A stretch of DNA of 62,365 nucleotides, filler included, from Aduncisulcus paluster (GCA_024181965.1; 8 parts of 8 records of this genome joined end to end with filler, not necessarily neighbours in it), one strand, 5' to 3'; shown: positions 33,081-46,137, counted from the first letter of the whole stretch. Numbers and translations are program-made. Notes: generated by a model from the sequence alone, not told the origin.

Positions 33081-36063
33081 ATGTCAACCTCAATATATTT
33101 TGAGAAGCATGACATCAAGTTCTCTGCCTCCAAATCTCAAAATAATTTTGCAAAGTTTTGTGATGGAAAAGACGAATGTTATCACCTCGTATATTGTCCT
33201 GATGATGTAAATACCCAATCAATTGCGGATTCGATCAAAAATCACATTCTTAAACATACCAGTGAACCCTCTATTAAAGCTTTCTCTTGCAGTGATCTTA
33301 ACAACTGGCTTCTTGACACTTCCAATTCTTCAAAGGCTGCTGCAGGCTTCCAAGTCACCCCGAATGCCGATTCAACATATTCTGTGAGTATTATGGCCCC
33401 TTATCTCGGTAGTGATACTTGGAGATCGACAAAGCCGGAATATGCTGAAGATATTCAGCAACAAGTGACCCAGGGTGTTATAAGCCTGGCTTCCCCTGGC
33501 CTTGAAGTTGTTTCATCCTTTGGAGAAGTTCCTAGTCTTGGAATTAATTCTGATGCCTTTATTCCTGTTGCTGTATCTGAGATGTCTGTCATTTTTGGTG
33601 CAATCTTTTGTGCCATCGGACTTGTCTCCGATCGTTCGAACGGAATGAAGCAACTTCTGTTTGTGAAAGGAATGAAACCGGGAGTATATCAATTGGGAAA
33701 CGGTATTGTCTTCCTTTCAATGATGTTTGTTGGGTGTATTGCCGGATGGTTAGGTGCTCTTGCCTTTGGTGAGTTCCATTCTATCTCCACTTGCCTTATT
33801 TGTTTGTTTGGTTGCATATTACAGTGTTTTTGGGCAGTTCCCCTCACACTGAGAATGTCCACTCTCATTCCCCATCCAGCTGCATTAATGATCTTCCAAG
33901 CCTTCGCCGTGGTGATATTCCCATCATGTTTCTATGGTTTCCAGGCCCTTGCATCTTGGGACACAATCTGGGCGACCCTCATTATTGGTGCTGGATGTTT
34001 CTTCATCCCTGGAGTCGCCGTTCAACACATCATATATTGTCTCTGCTCAGTTGCAGTGTCCGTTCCTGATCTGCCCCGCTTCTCTCCCTGGTGGTGGAGT
34101 GTATTCTGCGTCATATTGTACCTCGGATGGTCCTTGTTCTGGCTTGTTGTCTGTGACATCACCAGCAAGACACTCAACCCCCTGAGCCCAGGGATTAAGA
34201 AAGGTCTTGAACTGTTCAAGCGAGTTCTTCGTGAAGGTGAAGATGGAGAAGTTTCTAGAGGGAGAGATTCTGAGAGAGAATCCACAGCTCCGGATGACGA
34301 GAGAGAGACCCTCGTTTGCATTGAACGTCTTACCCATACTTACAATGCAAAGATTGTCAAGGAGTTACAAGAGAAATTCGGTCAGGCCGTTACTAATTCC
34401 ATCTTTGAACTGAGTGATCTCTCGATGAATCAAATCATTGACTCCATTAAGTATTCTGAAGCACCCAGTGACAGTAAGTGCGGTTCAACATGCCGAGAGG
34501 CTCGTACACGAATGAGAAAGGGTCCAGCAAAAGATATCGCCAAGAATATCGGCCGTCGTGCCAAAGCTGGGCGTAACTTGTCCATCAGAAACCTTTCCAT
34601 GAAACTTGGCCGTGACCAAGTATTTTGTCTTCTTTCCAGAAATGGTGGAGGAAAGACAACCCTCATCAATCATCTCGTTGCCCAGTTAGTTCCGTCTGTG
34701 GGAGCAATCACAATGCTTGGCCACACGCCTCTAGAATGCTTGCTTCTTGATGTTACTCACGATGGCCGTATCCCTGTTGCTACTTGCCCACAGCACGACT
34801 TCCTGTGGAGCAAGATTAAGACCCGTGATATAATCAAGATGTTCGCTGTCCTCAGTGCAACCAGACTTCCTACTTCCCCAACTTCATCTAAACATGCATA
34901 TGACGAGAGCAGTGCCATCAAATCCCGTGTTCACAGTCACACATCTGAAATGTTGGATTATCTTAAAAAGCTTGGCTTCGACGATGACGCAATTGATCGT
35001 AAATACTGCGATCTTAGCGGCGGTATGAAGAGAAAGATAATGTTTGCTCAGTCTCTCGTTGGGAATCCTCATATTCTATTTTTAGATGAACCCTCATCCG
35101 GTCAGGATATTGTTGCTCAGAGAGCAGTGTGGGATCTTGTTCTGAAGAATAAGACCGATTCTCTTGTTGTTCTCACCACACACACGATGGCAGAGGCTGA
35201 GGCTTTGTCCGATCTTATTGCTATTCTGTCCAAGGGTAAACTGATTGCCGGTGGAACTCCAGTGTGGCTTAAAAAGACATTCTCAGCCGGGTACAGAGTG
35301 TCCGTCGATACTGTTGACGCTGAAGAGATACGCAAGAAGGGTGACGAATCCTCTGAAGGAGAAGACAAAGAAGAAGAGATGGGTGGAACCTCAGCCTCTG
35401 CCATTTCTATCCCTCCTCCTTCTTCCTCTCCTTCTTCTGTTTCATCAACATCGTCATTATCTCCCGAGTTTACTGAAAGTGTCAAAGCTATTCTTGCTTC
35501 TGCTTTTTCGGGATCAGTGCCAGGATCGGTGTCGCTTTCCTATTCCTCCACTGGGGTCGATATTGTTGTTCCTCAGGAATTTGAGGACCAAGTCCCTGTT
35601 CTCCTCGAGCTATGTGAAGGCAAAGAGAAGGAAGGATTTTTCGGTGAAGTTACTTTCTCATGCACAACCCTCGAAGATGTATTCTTGAGNNNNNNNNNNN
35701 NNNNNNNNNGGATCGGTGTCGCTTTCCTATTCCTCCACTGGGGTCGATATTGTTGTTCCTCAGGAATTTGAGGACCAAGTCCCTGTTCTCCTCGAGCTAT
35801 GTGAAGGCAAAGAGAAGGAAGGATTTTTCGGTGAAGTTACTTTCTCATGCACAACCCTCGAAGATGTATTCTTGAGTTGCGTCGGAATGGAGAACCAACA
35901 GGGTGAAGAAATGACGGAAGAACAAAAGAAGGAGATCGAAATGGAATTGAAAGCTGATGAGAAACTCAGGAAGAGTGGAGAGGGACTCATTCTTAGCCGC
36001 GTCAAAGAAATGGTCTCTGTTAGTTCAAAGATAAACATCGAAAAGGGCACTTTATGGTGGTAA
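33081..36063 (+). CDS. ABCA-subfamily transporter (TMD + NBD), probably 5' truncated
   Basis: About six TM helices; Walker A LSRNGGGKTT; CPQHDFLW; LSGGMKRK; LFLDEPSSG; LTTHTMAEAEAL; WLKKTFSAGY; TTLEDVFL. Interrupted by a 20-N gap (35690-35709) with a duplicated ~167-bp overlap. Confidence 0.9.
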
Positions 36064-36894
36064 TAGGTTTTTAGTTTCTCAATTTATTCTATTTTTATAC
36101 ATTTCTGATTGTTAGACAGGCCTGTGTGATGAAAGATGTATTATTATTAAAAATTTCTAAAAATGTAATGAAGAATTCTCCTTTGAATTTTCATTCCAAA
36201 TTATGTACCCTTCGTCTTCTCAAATTAATTTATATCGTATTTCCTTTGAGATTTTTCACACAATTTCTTTGTTTGTCCATGAAAACTTGAGATATTGAGA
36301 TTTTTGTATTCAGATTTTGTTACTGCATTTCAAAACAAAAATATGTGAAATTGTTTAAAATATCAAATAACATAATAAAAGGATCAATATTTTAACATTG
36401 AATGTGCTCCAATCACACAACAACAAACACTGTTGGTGGCACCATCTCTTGGCTGCAAGTCAAATATTTATTTCTTAACTTTTTCAGTTTATGATTATAT
36501 TTTTTATACCATCCTAAAAATTCACTCCCAAAATGTTATAATTATCCTATTTTGACCCCTATCCGAGTCATGTCAATTTGGAGTTCCCATTATGATACTA
36601 TTTATAGCTTTTAAACAATTCACACATTTTTGGCACGACCAAATGTTGTTTTTTTAATCGAAATAATTTTATTTTGAATATAATTTGGACCATTGCAAAA
36701 AAAATATGGACAGAAGAAGAGCCTGGTAAAACACAACTAAACGGCAAAATAATGGAAAGCTTATAAATCAAGAAACAGGAATAATTTTAAAAGAAAAAAT
36801 CTAAGGAATAAGGTAACTGACAATCGTCAACTTACTGAAGGAAATAATAATAAATTATCATGGTATTATTATCTAATCTTGAATTTTTGGACGA

Positions 36895-38649
36895 TTATTT
36901 CGGAGATTTCTCTCTTCTTTTCTTTTTATGAGAAGATGTGGATATGGCAAAGGCTTTGATCATTCCATCCGGCATAGAATAGCCACTTTGCTTTGTCAAT
37001 ATCTTGATGATCACAAAAACAAGGACCAAAATAGAAAGTGAGAAACAAACAATTGGCGCCATTGTGACATAACTCACCCATGCCACANNNNNNNNNNNNN
37101 NNNNNNNATGAGAAGATGTGGATATGGCAAAGGCTTTGATCATTCCATCCGGCATAGAATAGCCACTTTGCTTTGTCAATATCTTGATGATCACAAAAAC
37201 AAGGACCAAAATAGAAAGTGAGAAACAAACAATTGGCGCCATTGTGACATAACTCACCCATGCCACACAAAAGAAAGCCATTGGAGGTGCAACAATCTTC
37301 AAAACAGCCGATGAGGCATGCAAGAGTGGCGAGAGCAATATTCTCAGAACTAAAAATAGAATGGAAGAAATGAGAGGAAGAGAGAACGAAGCAATGTTTA
37401 ATATAACGCGGCTTCGCAATGATAATAACATCTCGAGGTCCTTAGAGGCGAAGAAGTGGAGGACAAAGCTGATCAGACCCATAGAAAGTCCAACTCCGAG
37501 TAACATCAGACACCCACTCACGTTGAGGTGAATTGATTCTTCTCTAGCCCGGATTGTATGCGAAAATATCGAAGACAGTCCCCTTCGATGCTTGGAAACA
37601 CTCTTTGTACTACTGGTTGTCATGGAGTCCTTTGTCTTTGATTTCGTTTTCTTGTGACGACTGAACAGACTCTCCTTCTTCTCCTTCACAGAAAGAGGAA
37701 TGATATTGTCGTTTGGGAACAAAAGAGTCAGAATAGAGAGGGAATGGGGGCATGCCATAATTGTGAGAAGACAACAGCATCCAATGCAAAATCCTGGTCG
37801 ATCGCTCAGAGAAATAAAGAAACGCACTAAAAATGGAATAATAAGAAACGATATGACAACGTGAACCTTTCCAATTTTCTCGAGCTCCTTATCATGGGGA
37901 GTTCGCACTTTTATATTACTAATCGATCGATTACTCATTGAATTCCGGAATATTTCATTTCGGAAATATAATAACAATAGTACAATATTGCCAATCACTA
38001 AAATCATAGAAATTCCCGTCTCAATAACAGCTACAACAACGCTTTGCCCATTCTGCTCAGGATTTGGAAATAAGAATTCAGAATTATTAATAATAGCCTC
38101 TTTCATGGAATAATAGGTGTGATAAAAAGCTGATAATCTTCTAATAAGAAGATACAAGAAAACAGCCAGAAATGGACCTAAAATCCATGCCAAAAAATAA
38201 TTAGCAAAGTGAGTGAGAGATAAAAACTGTCTAGCGATTTTTATGTTCTTTCCAAAGTGTTTCTTGACTTTTTTATGCAATAGACGCTTAACTTGAGCTG
38301 AAATTGAACCAGTATTTTCAATGACACTATAATGCCAAAACCAGTGAGCTCTAAGATCCTCTAAAGAACCTTTAATTGAACAATTGCGTATTGGACATGA
38401 ATATTCAGTGGTTATTTGAGGAGTTATTAAGTTAGCACCCCTTTCAGAAACAGGACAACCACAAGCAGGACATTCAGCCTTTCTCTCATCAATATATGTC
38501 AAAATGCATTGTTTACAAAAACATTGACCACAATCTGGACACGCTTTTGGCTTCTCTGGAGGGATGGCACTGCAGATCCGACAACTCTCGGGTCTCTCAC
38601 CACTCTCCATTAATTGATGGAAGAAATCTTCTTCAAAGGATCCGTCCAT
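36895..38649 (-). CDS. RING-finger multi-pass membrane protein (putative E3 ligase)
   Basis: CRIC...CPDCGQCFCKQC...CPAC, a second finger CPIRNC...HWFWH, then about eight hydrophobic helices. The 160-bp duplication around the 37088-37107 gap is artefactual. Confidence 0.75.
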   Translation of the reverse strand: MDGSFEEDFFHQLMESGERPESCRICSAIPPEKPKACPDCGQCFCKQCILTYIDERKAECPACGCPVSERGANLITPQITTEYSCPIRNCSIKGSLEDLRAHWFWHYSVIENTGSISAQVKRLLHKKVKKHFGKNIKIARQFLSLTHFANYFLAWILGPFLAVFLYLLIRRLSAFYHTYYSMKEAIINNSEFLFPNPEQNGQSVVVAVIETGISMILVIGNIVLLLLYFRNEIFRNSMSNRSISNIKVRTPHDKELEKIGKVHVVISFLIIPFLVRFFISLSDRPGFCIGCCCLLTIMACPHSLSILTLLFPNDNIIPLSVKEKKESLFSRHKKTKSKTKDSMTTSSTKSVSKHRRGLSSIFSHTIRAREESIHLNVSGCLMLLGVGLSMGLISFVLHFFASKDLEMLLSLRSRVILNIASFSLPLISSILFLVLRILLSPLLHASSAVLKIVAPPMAFFCVAWVSYVTMAPIVCFSLSILVLVFVIIKILTKQSGYSMPDGMIKAFAISTSSHXXXXXXXVAWVSYVTMAPIVCFSLSILVLVFVIIKILTKQSGYSMPDGMIKAFAISTSSHKKKRREKSPK

Positions 38650-38942
38650 CAGTTAATAATTCAAAATATTGCGTCCTCAAACTTTTCAGAAGCAAAGCTC
38701 GAAACAAAAAAAAATCAGATTCCAGATTATGAGTAATTTTGTTGACCACCTCTAGGACATATAATTGAATTCTGGCAATGAAAAGTTCTCTAATTATTTT
38801 TTGTAGCTCATAAGATGGAGGAAAATTGACATCAAGCTTGCTGGGGGAGAAAAACAATAGAATGCTGGAAATCCTGCTGCCCGTTGTAATTTGAATTTGA
38901 TTCTATTTTTCTTGGTTAATAACACCATTAAAATATTTTTAT

Positions 38943-39816
38943 ATGCCTGAATCAAAATCAACTGTTATTAAATCGAACCATGAGGAAAGGTTTTTCGCTG
39001 TTCCTTCAACAAACGACGGTGATAAAGATAACACTCATGATTTGGATATTAGTGTATCTAGCATTGCTCCAACTGGATTAAAATCTGAAGAAGAGACTTC
39101 TGAGGGCTTATCCCCATCTGGTAGTGAAGGTAGTGTTTCTGAAATGATATACTGCAAATCTCTGAGAGAAGTATGTTCCCTTTTCATTTTTTCAGAAATA
39201 TTTACCGATTTTGTTTCATATTTTGTTCTTTTTTTTTTTTAAGTCCATCGAGTCAAGTGATGTTAGAATTGCCCAATTATCTGTTCAAAATGATGAACAA
39301 GAAATAGAAATATCGTCTCTTCGTGAACAATTGTCCCAGTGGAAAACAGAAGCTCTTCGTCTTCAAGCTGAAAAGGAGCAATATCACGATCAATGGGTTC
39401 AAAAAATGGAAAAAGAGCATAAATCCATTTTTCAAAAACGAATTAAGCTTGAAAAAACATATTCTGAAATGTGTGAAACATTGAAAGAGATCAGAAAAAT
39501 CGAAACAATTCTCCAGGGACAACTTACTTCCTTTTCGGCCTTATCAAAGGAAATATCTGATGAGACTCCAATTAAAATGGTTGAAAAGGTATTTTTTGAA
39601 TACCAACAGAAACGTCAACATGAATTTGCCCAAACGAAAGCCGAGTTATTTGAGACGAAACGACAATATGATTCAATGTTGACTGATCACCATTCTCTAA
39701 AAGAAAGATGTTCCAAATTGGAGAAAACATTACTCATTATGAGAAAAAAATACACCGAAGAGCGTGAGAAGACGTCCGTTATTATTCAAACCCTCAAACA
39801 GCGGCTTCGTAAGTAA
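38943..39816 (+). CDS. Coiled-coil protein, two exons (intron 39171-39243)
   Basis: Exon 1 has 76 codons ending GAA|GTATGT. A poly-T tract + AAG| acceptor rejoins in frame to SIESSDV. Heptad-rich E/K/Q sequence. Confidence 0.78.
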
Positions 39817-40269
39817 GTCTATTGATCTCTACTGAAAATCCTATTTTTACCCCATTAGAGCCTATAAATAGAATGAGAATCTCCAATTTATTCTATCATT
39901 TACTAATTATCGACTGTTCTGTTCAGTATCCTCAAATACTTTGGTCAAAAGCATTTCATAATATATATTTTGAGCAAGATATCTCCTCAATCAACTTTTA
40001 GTCAGTATGTTCAGGCACCTAAATGGAAATATATATTCCAGATTGCCAAGCCTTGACATTGAATACCAAAGGAAGTCATAAATATCAGGAGAAACGTGAA
40101 AGGATCTATCATGTTGATGTAATTCACTACAATATCAGTGAAGAGAAAGATTTGATCCCCATTAAGAATAAAGGAACAGCTATAGTATATAATGTAGTGC
40201 AGTAAAATACTGGCTACAGAAAACTATTATACTCATACTGACAGTACAACATTCAAAATACCATTAGAT

Positions 40270-41826
40270 CTATTCAGTATCCTTTGAGAACCTCCTCTTC
40301 TCTTTCTTCTCTTTCTTTTCTTTCTTCTCTTTCTTGTGTTTTTTATGTTTTTTATGTTTCTTTTTTTCCTTCTTCTCTTCCTTCTTCTCTTCCTTGTTAT
40401 TCCGAACAATGTCACGTTCTTGTTCTATTTTCTTCATCAGTGCGAGCTGAGAGTCAGATATTTTACCAGCACTTGCATCAATCTGGAAGTCAGGTTTGAG
40501 GAGGTCAGCAAACCTAGAGTCAACAAGAGACACCGAGGAAGACAGCAGAGAGTCCATGGAAGATGAAGAAGTGACCGTTGCACGCTTCTTGCTGCTTTTA
40601 TGGATAGATCTCTGCTCAAGCATTGCATCATCGATGTCAACATCATCACGGACCCTGGAAAGACGTTCAATCTGTTCCCTTTCCTCCTTCAAACGATCTC
40701 CTTTCTTCTTCTTCATCTTTTCCCTCCATTTTTTACGACTGTTCGTGCCCAATCTCTCCTCTAGTCTCTCTTCCTCCTCTCGTTCTTTCTTCTCAGCTCT
40801 CCTCTGCCGCTTAAGTTCTTTCTTTTCATGCTCACGCTCCCGTTGCTGCTCCTCAATTGTCATATACCGCCTCTTCTTCTCTTTCATTTGAATGGTTTCA
40901 CCTACTTTCCTCTCCTTATCTAAATCAAAGGTCACAACAAGATCTCCACTTTCATTTCCTCCTTCTTCTTCCTCCTCCTCTTCTTCTTCTTCTCCTTTTG
41001 AAGAATATTCTGAATTCGAAGCCTCTTCACCTTGGACAGAAGAAGAGTACTCGTCAGCCTGATTACTGGCTTCATCTTCTTCAGAATCATCTCCTAACAA
41101 TAAAGCACGTAACTGTTCGGCCTTTTTCTTCTGTTCTTCCTCGTCTTCCTCTTCGCCTTCGCTCTCACTAGCTATGAAATCTCTGAGATCCTCGTCTTCA
41201 TGTTCTATAGCACTCATGGCCCTATCATACATTTTATACCTTTCCTTGTTATCGGCATCAAAAGAACATTTCACTTTAGTGTGATTTAAGGCACTGGTAT
41301 CGAAGTTATCCTTTGGTTCAATAGTTCTCGAGGGTAATGAGGAACACGAATCACGTTGACGACGAGAAGAGATATCGAAATCATCCGGAACAAAGCTAAG
41401 ATCAAACTTATTCGCAGAACGCTCAAATTCGAGGCCATCAACATTGTTATACACAACAAGAGCAGAGGAAGCGGAATCAAATTCAGCAATCGCATAATAA
41501 TAGCGAAGACGTTCAAGTTCATACCTACGTAAGGCTTCCATATCAATTTCATTTCCTTCTTCCTTTCCTTCAGCAGATGCTGGCATCTCCTTGCCTTGTT
41601 CTTCATATTCCTTTTCAATCGCCTTTTTCTGCATAGAAATACTTTCTCCAGGGCCCATAATATCCTCTTTATCTATTTTAGTAAGCCCAAAATCACTAGG
41701 GTAGACTGTAACATGTCTGAGGGAACCACCGGGAGGAAGAAATGAGCTCATAACAACAAAAAGATCTTGGGCTAAAATATTATCCCAATCCATATTGACA
41801 ATTGCAAGCCGTTTTGTCTCTTCCAT
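40270..41826 (-). CDS. ESF1: Pre-rRNA-processing protein ESF1
   Basis: ETKRLAIVNMDWDNILAQDL...VTVYPSDFG...LRRYELERLRYYYAIAEFDS...DGLEFERSANKFDLSFVPD; NUC153-like DSRFADL...DFQID; Lys-rich tail. Confidence 0.93.
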   Translation of the reverse strand: MEETKRLAIVNMDWDNILAQDLFVVMSSFLPPGGSLRHVTVYPSDFGLTKIDKEDIMGPGESISMQKKAIEKEYEEQGKEMPASAEGKEEGNEIDMEALRRYELERLRYYYAIAEFDSASSALVVYNNVDGLEFERSANKFDLSFVPDDFDISSRRQRDSCSSLPSRTIEPKDNFDTSALNHTKVKCSFDADNKERYKMYDRAMSAIEHEDEDLRDFIASESEGEEEDEEEQKKKAEQLRALLLGDDSEEDEASNQADEYSSSVQGEEASNSEYSSKGEEEEEEEEEEGGNESGDLVVTFDLDKERKVGETIQMKEKKRRYMTIEEQQREREHEKKELKRQRRAEKKEREEEERLEERLGTNSRKKWREKMKKKKGDRLKEEREQIERLSRVRDDVDIDDAMLEQRSIHKSSKKRATVTSSSSMDSLLSSSVSLVDSRFADLLKPDFQIDASAGKISDSQLALMKKIEQERDIVRNNKEEKKEEKKEKKKHKKHKKHKKEKKEKKEKKEKRRFSKDTE

Positions 41827-42094
41827 CTTCTTGGACTCAAAAATGCTGATTGAATTTTTTTTTTCTCGCGAAACAAAACTATAATTATTTCCAAGAACGA
41901 TCCACTTATTCAAGTAAATTGTCATTGAAAATATAATGTAACAGGTTAACTTTGTTGATAATATTCTTATTACTACTATTACAATAATGTCCACTTCTTG
42001 GTGCTCATTGATAAAATCAAAAACAGTTATAGGATATTTTAATACCAATTAATCATAATAGCATCAAAAAATATAAACTTGTTTGATTTTATCA

Positions 42095-45000
42095 ATGGAA
42101 ACTAGCATTGAAAGAGAAATTGATTTTATTCTCCCTCTAGAGAAAACATATGCTGCCCGATCAATATTTCAATCATACTTTCAACAATCTCGAGCCGAAT
42201 CTGGGGTTGTAATTTCTCATGCCCTTATAGCCTTATCATATTTAGTTCTATATGCAGTTGAGACCTTTAATAGTTATGATGTTCTCACTATTCGGATCAC
42301 TTTAGCATCTATTGGTGTAGTATTGCTTGCATATACAGGTTTTTGGCTGTGGGCCAGTCCTCTAATTCCTAGAGAGATAGCTGGTTGGGGAATTTTTGTA
42401 AGTGACCTCATTGCCATTGTTCCAACGTTCGTTGCGGCATTCATCCCATCATATGATATTACCTTTGAATTTTTTATTGCTATCCGTCTGTTTACATTGT
42501 TACATTCCAGGTTTTCTCTGTGGAATTCCCGATTGCTTGGTCGAGTAATTTCATTTGCTGCCCTCATTGTCATGATTATTATTATATTTGGTGGCATATT
42601 TAGGCTCATAGAAACCGTAATATACGAAGCTCAAGAACTCAATTTTGTTGATTCATTTTATTTTGGCACTGTCACTGTCATCACCATTGGATACGGTGAT
42701 ATTGTCCCTCTGACAACTGTTGGAAAGGTTGTAGTTGCTCTGTTTATCTTCCTGACGTTTGCTGTGATCCCATTCGAAGTGAGTCGGCTCAGTCGTGTTG
42801 CAGACAAAACCAAGAAATATGGGAAAACATCTCCAACTACAAAGGCTCCCATGATTGTCGTTGTGGGACGTCCTTCTACAACACAAGGATATGGATCATT
42901 TCTGTCTGAATTTTTCCATTCTTCTCATGGTCCCAGACCTGAGAAAGTCTTATTTATATCTCCAGAATCCCCTGAAGAGGATGTCAAGAATTTTGTGAAG
43001 AGATTTCGTAGCAGCGGCTATTATAAAGCCAGTCTGCGTGATGCCACTGAGCAACTTAGTCTGTCAAATGTGAAAGCTGTCTTCTTCTTCTCTGCCAACA
43101 TCAGTACCGATATACAACTTATGTACAATGCCCTAAATATGCGCGAAACGACACAGGCTTTACTCGATAAGAAACGAGAGGAAGAGCGTCTTAAGGAGAA
43201 AGAAGAGGAAAGGGAGCTACGGATTGTTCTGAGAGAGAAAAGAGATAAGGAAAGGAGAAAACGCAAGAGACACAAGGCAGATCTCAACACACTTCAACGC
43301 TGGGCACAAGAAGATCATGAATGGAGACAGAAAGAGCGTGCTCGTAGGCAGAAAGTGCAGGAGAAAATAGACTTACGTGATTCAGAACAAACCCTTCAAC
43401 TCGTCCCTTTTTATGGCTGTTTATTCCGTGGAGATCTTCTCCCACACTCAAAGACGATTGGTTTCACCTCTGTGTCATCCTTGAAAGAGATTGAACTCAT
43501 GCTCGTTGCCGCTGGTTGTGAGGTTGAAGGATGTGTCTGTATCCTGCAGAATTTGATGCGATCATTCGCTCCTAGTGATTTCGTTGAGATGCGAAAGGAT
43601 ATTGAGAAAGGAATCAAGCAAAAAAGTAAGCGAAGAGACCGCCGGAAAAAGAAAAAGAAACTTCGTGTTGAACGGAGAAAGAAAAAAGAAAAGAAGTCAA
43701 GAATTAAACGAGAAAAACATGCATTGGAAAAACGAATCACGCGTGAAAGTCGTGAAGAACGTCGTGTCCGTCGTCAGCGTAAGAAGGAAGAGCGTAGACA
43801 CCAGATGTTGTTCGAAGGTGGACCCCAAGTGATCGTTGATGATGTGGATCTCGAAGAAGCTGGATTCGATGGCAGTGAGGAAGAAGAAGAGGAAGAAGAA
43901 TCGTCCTATGATCTCTCATCTTCATCCGACACCGATTACAGATCTCACACCGATTCATACTCATATGGTGGCTCTGATGAATATTCCGAGCATTCATTTG
44001 ATACCCAGTTTTCCCTTGATTACGATGAAAAACATTCCCAGGATGGAGTTCCTCAAATTGCCTCAGATAAACGTTCCACCGATATGCCATCAAGAGTGCC
44101 AGAGAGAAACGGACAGGCCCCAGTTATCACCGACCAGAGTGTACAAAAATCAGGAACTCAGCCCTTTGCACCTTCAGAAAATACAATATCATCCACAACC
44201 AGCAAGAAACACCAGAAACGAAGAAGACGATCAACCGGTAGTGGTACGGTTGGCGGCGGTCACCACCACCGTCGTTCCCATGACACTCGAATCACCTCCA
44301 AGGGTAAACCAACCAAGCACGGTGTTTCTGCCGATACTCAGCCTGCTGAAACGCAAGGCAAGAAGAAGATCTCTGTGTCTCGTCAGCATGAAGCCTCCCT
44401 CCATGATAGTGAAGATGCTTCGCAGTCATCAATCAAATCTTCGACGAGTTCTCAGTCAATTCGTGAACACACTCAATCCCAGCTCGATATTTGGGATATG
44501 TACACTCAGATCCACCATCGGACCTCGTTCGAAATGCGTAAAAGGGGACCCACTCTTCAGTCTAGGCTTTCTGAAATCCATAAAGCCCAGAGAAAACAAT
44601 TCAATTCTCAACTCAAAAAGAGAAAACGAAGCCTCCGTCAAAGCAGTCAACTTTCCCAACTCTCTCTTCCGTTGACTTCATCCCACACCTTTTCATATCC
44701 CATTTCCCACCACCGAAGGAATACATCCATCGAGGATTTCCCGCTTCTCTCAAAGAAGTTGTTCGAAAAAGAGGCTGTAGATGGCAAAAGTAAGTCAAAA
44801 ATAACACCTCGCTCCACATCCACTGGTGCTGATCGGTATCAGCATCCTAATTCAGTGGTCACAACGAGCAGAATCCCTATTCATGGTTCGACAGAGTCCA
44901 ATGGGTTTTTATTTGGACCAGATACCGGGAGTTCCCAGCTCAGCCCAGGTTCAAATTCTCTTCTATTCCCATCTGAGCGTCATGGTCCAAGTAGGAGAGC

Positions 45001-46037
45001 GACTACCATTGCTTTGCCCTGCGATATGCGATATGACAGACCTTCAGGATGGAGTGAGGGGGCTAAACCACAAGAGACTCGAAAGAAATCGCCTCGACTT
45101 GCTCTCGAAGAGATCTTTAGACTCTCTCCCCCCATGGAACATAATAAGTCTGAAGAGGAAGAAGAGGAAAAAGTTGGAATCACTCCAGATGATCAAAGAA
45201 AGACTGTATTCCAGCATAGCTTACCTCAGCCAGTTGCCACAACCACTCAAAGATCTGTGAGGAGTGATGGAGACAAGATAATACTGAAAATACCAACATG
45301 TGATGCCTCTGGTAAACTTGTTGGATTGACTCGTTCTGTGGATTTAGGCTCCTACTCCTCCTCCTCAAAAACACAAAAGATATCAGAAGATCAATCACCA
45401 CCTGTAGAAAACACTTCTCCTCATCTCTCAGATTTTGTTAGTCCCATATCTAAACCCTCAAAGTCTACGGCCTCTCTATTAGAAGGATATAACGAGAAGT
45501 CTTCCACACATAATGGCACATCTCATCGCCATCATGGAGCTTCCAAGGAACCAATATCGACATCTGTACCATCATCACACCACTCTCACCATCGTCTGAA
45601 GATACCTCACACACGCACTCCGAAGCTCTCTGATCTCTCAATCGGGAGTGAGCATGCAGAGCTTGAGTCACTCGAACAGTCCCTTGCCATGAGTATATTA
45701 TCCCTTGCTGATAAAGACCAGAGATTCTTTGATAAGGAGGCTGGCCGTTTCACTGGGCGTCTGGAAGTTCACCAGAAAGATAGACGGGAGAGAGAGCGAA
45801 GACGCAAACAACGACATATCGACAAGATTAATCGACGGGCGGAAATGAGGCGAGCTCAACGAATGAAAGCCGCCGATAGCAAGATATTACAACCGACCAC
45901 AGTCGCCTCTCATCCCCCTCCGTCCTCCTCAATGTTCTCTGCCAAGTCTGCTGGTCTTGGTCCATCCCCTTCCAACCTCCACTCTGCCCTCCCTCCTGGC
46001 TCTGGCTCTGTCACGGTCACAAAGAAACACACCCGAT
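42095..46037 (+). CDS. 6TM K+ channel, Slo/BK (KCa)-like, with long low-complexity inserts; 3' truncated
   Basis: S1-S6 helices; pore FVDSFYFGTVTVITIGYGDIVP; RCK-like IVVVG...FLSEFFH...VLFISP and VSSLKEIELMLVAAGCEVEG...ILQNL. Confidence 0.88.
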
Positions 46038-46137
46038 NNNNNNNNNNNNNNNNNNNNNNNNNNNNNNNNNNNNNNNNNNNNTTAATTAATTAANNNNNNN
46101 NNNNNNNNNNNNNNNNNNNNNNNNNNNNNNNNNNNNN
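46038..46137. other. Artificial contig linker
   Basis: N44-TTAATTAATTAA-N44. Confidence 0.97.

Noticed and set aside
28017-37267. Direct repeats around the 20-N gaps (28017-28536, 35523-35876, 36928-37267) as LTRs or real duplications
   Set aside because: Exact copies abutting a fixed-size gap, some inside genes: unmerged contig overlaps.
4340-46137. Recurring TTAATTAATTAA palindrome as a biological repeat or recombination site
   Set aside because: Always centred in exactly 100 bp of N padding. It is an artificial six-frame-stop contig linker, so gene neighbourhoods across it are meaningless.
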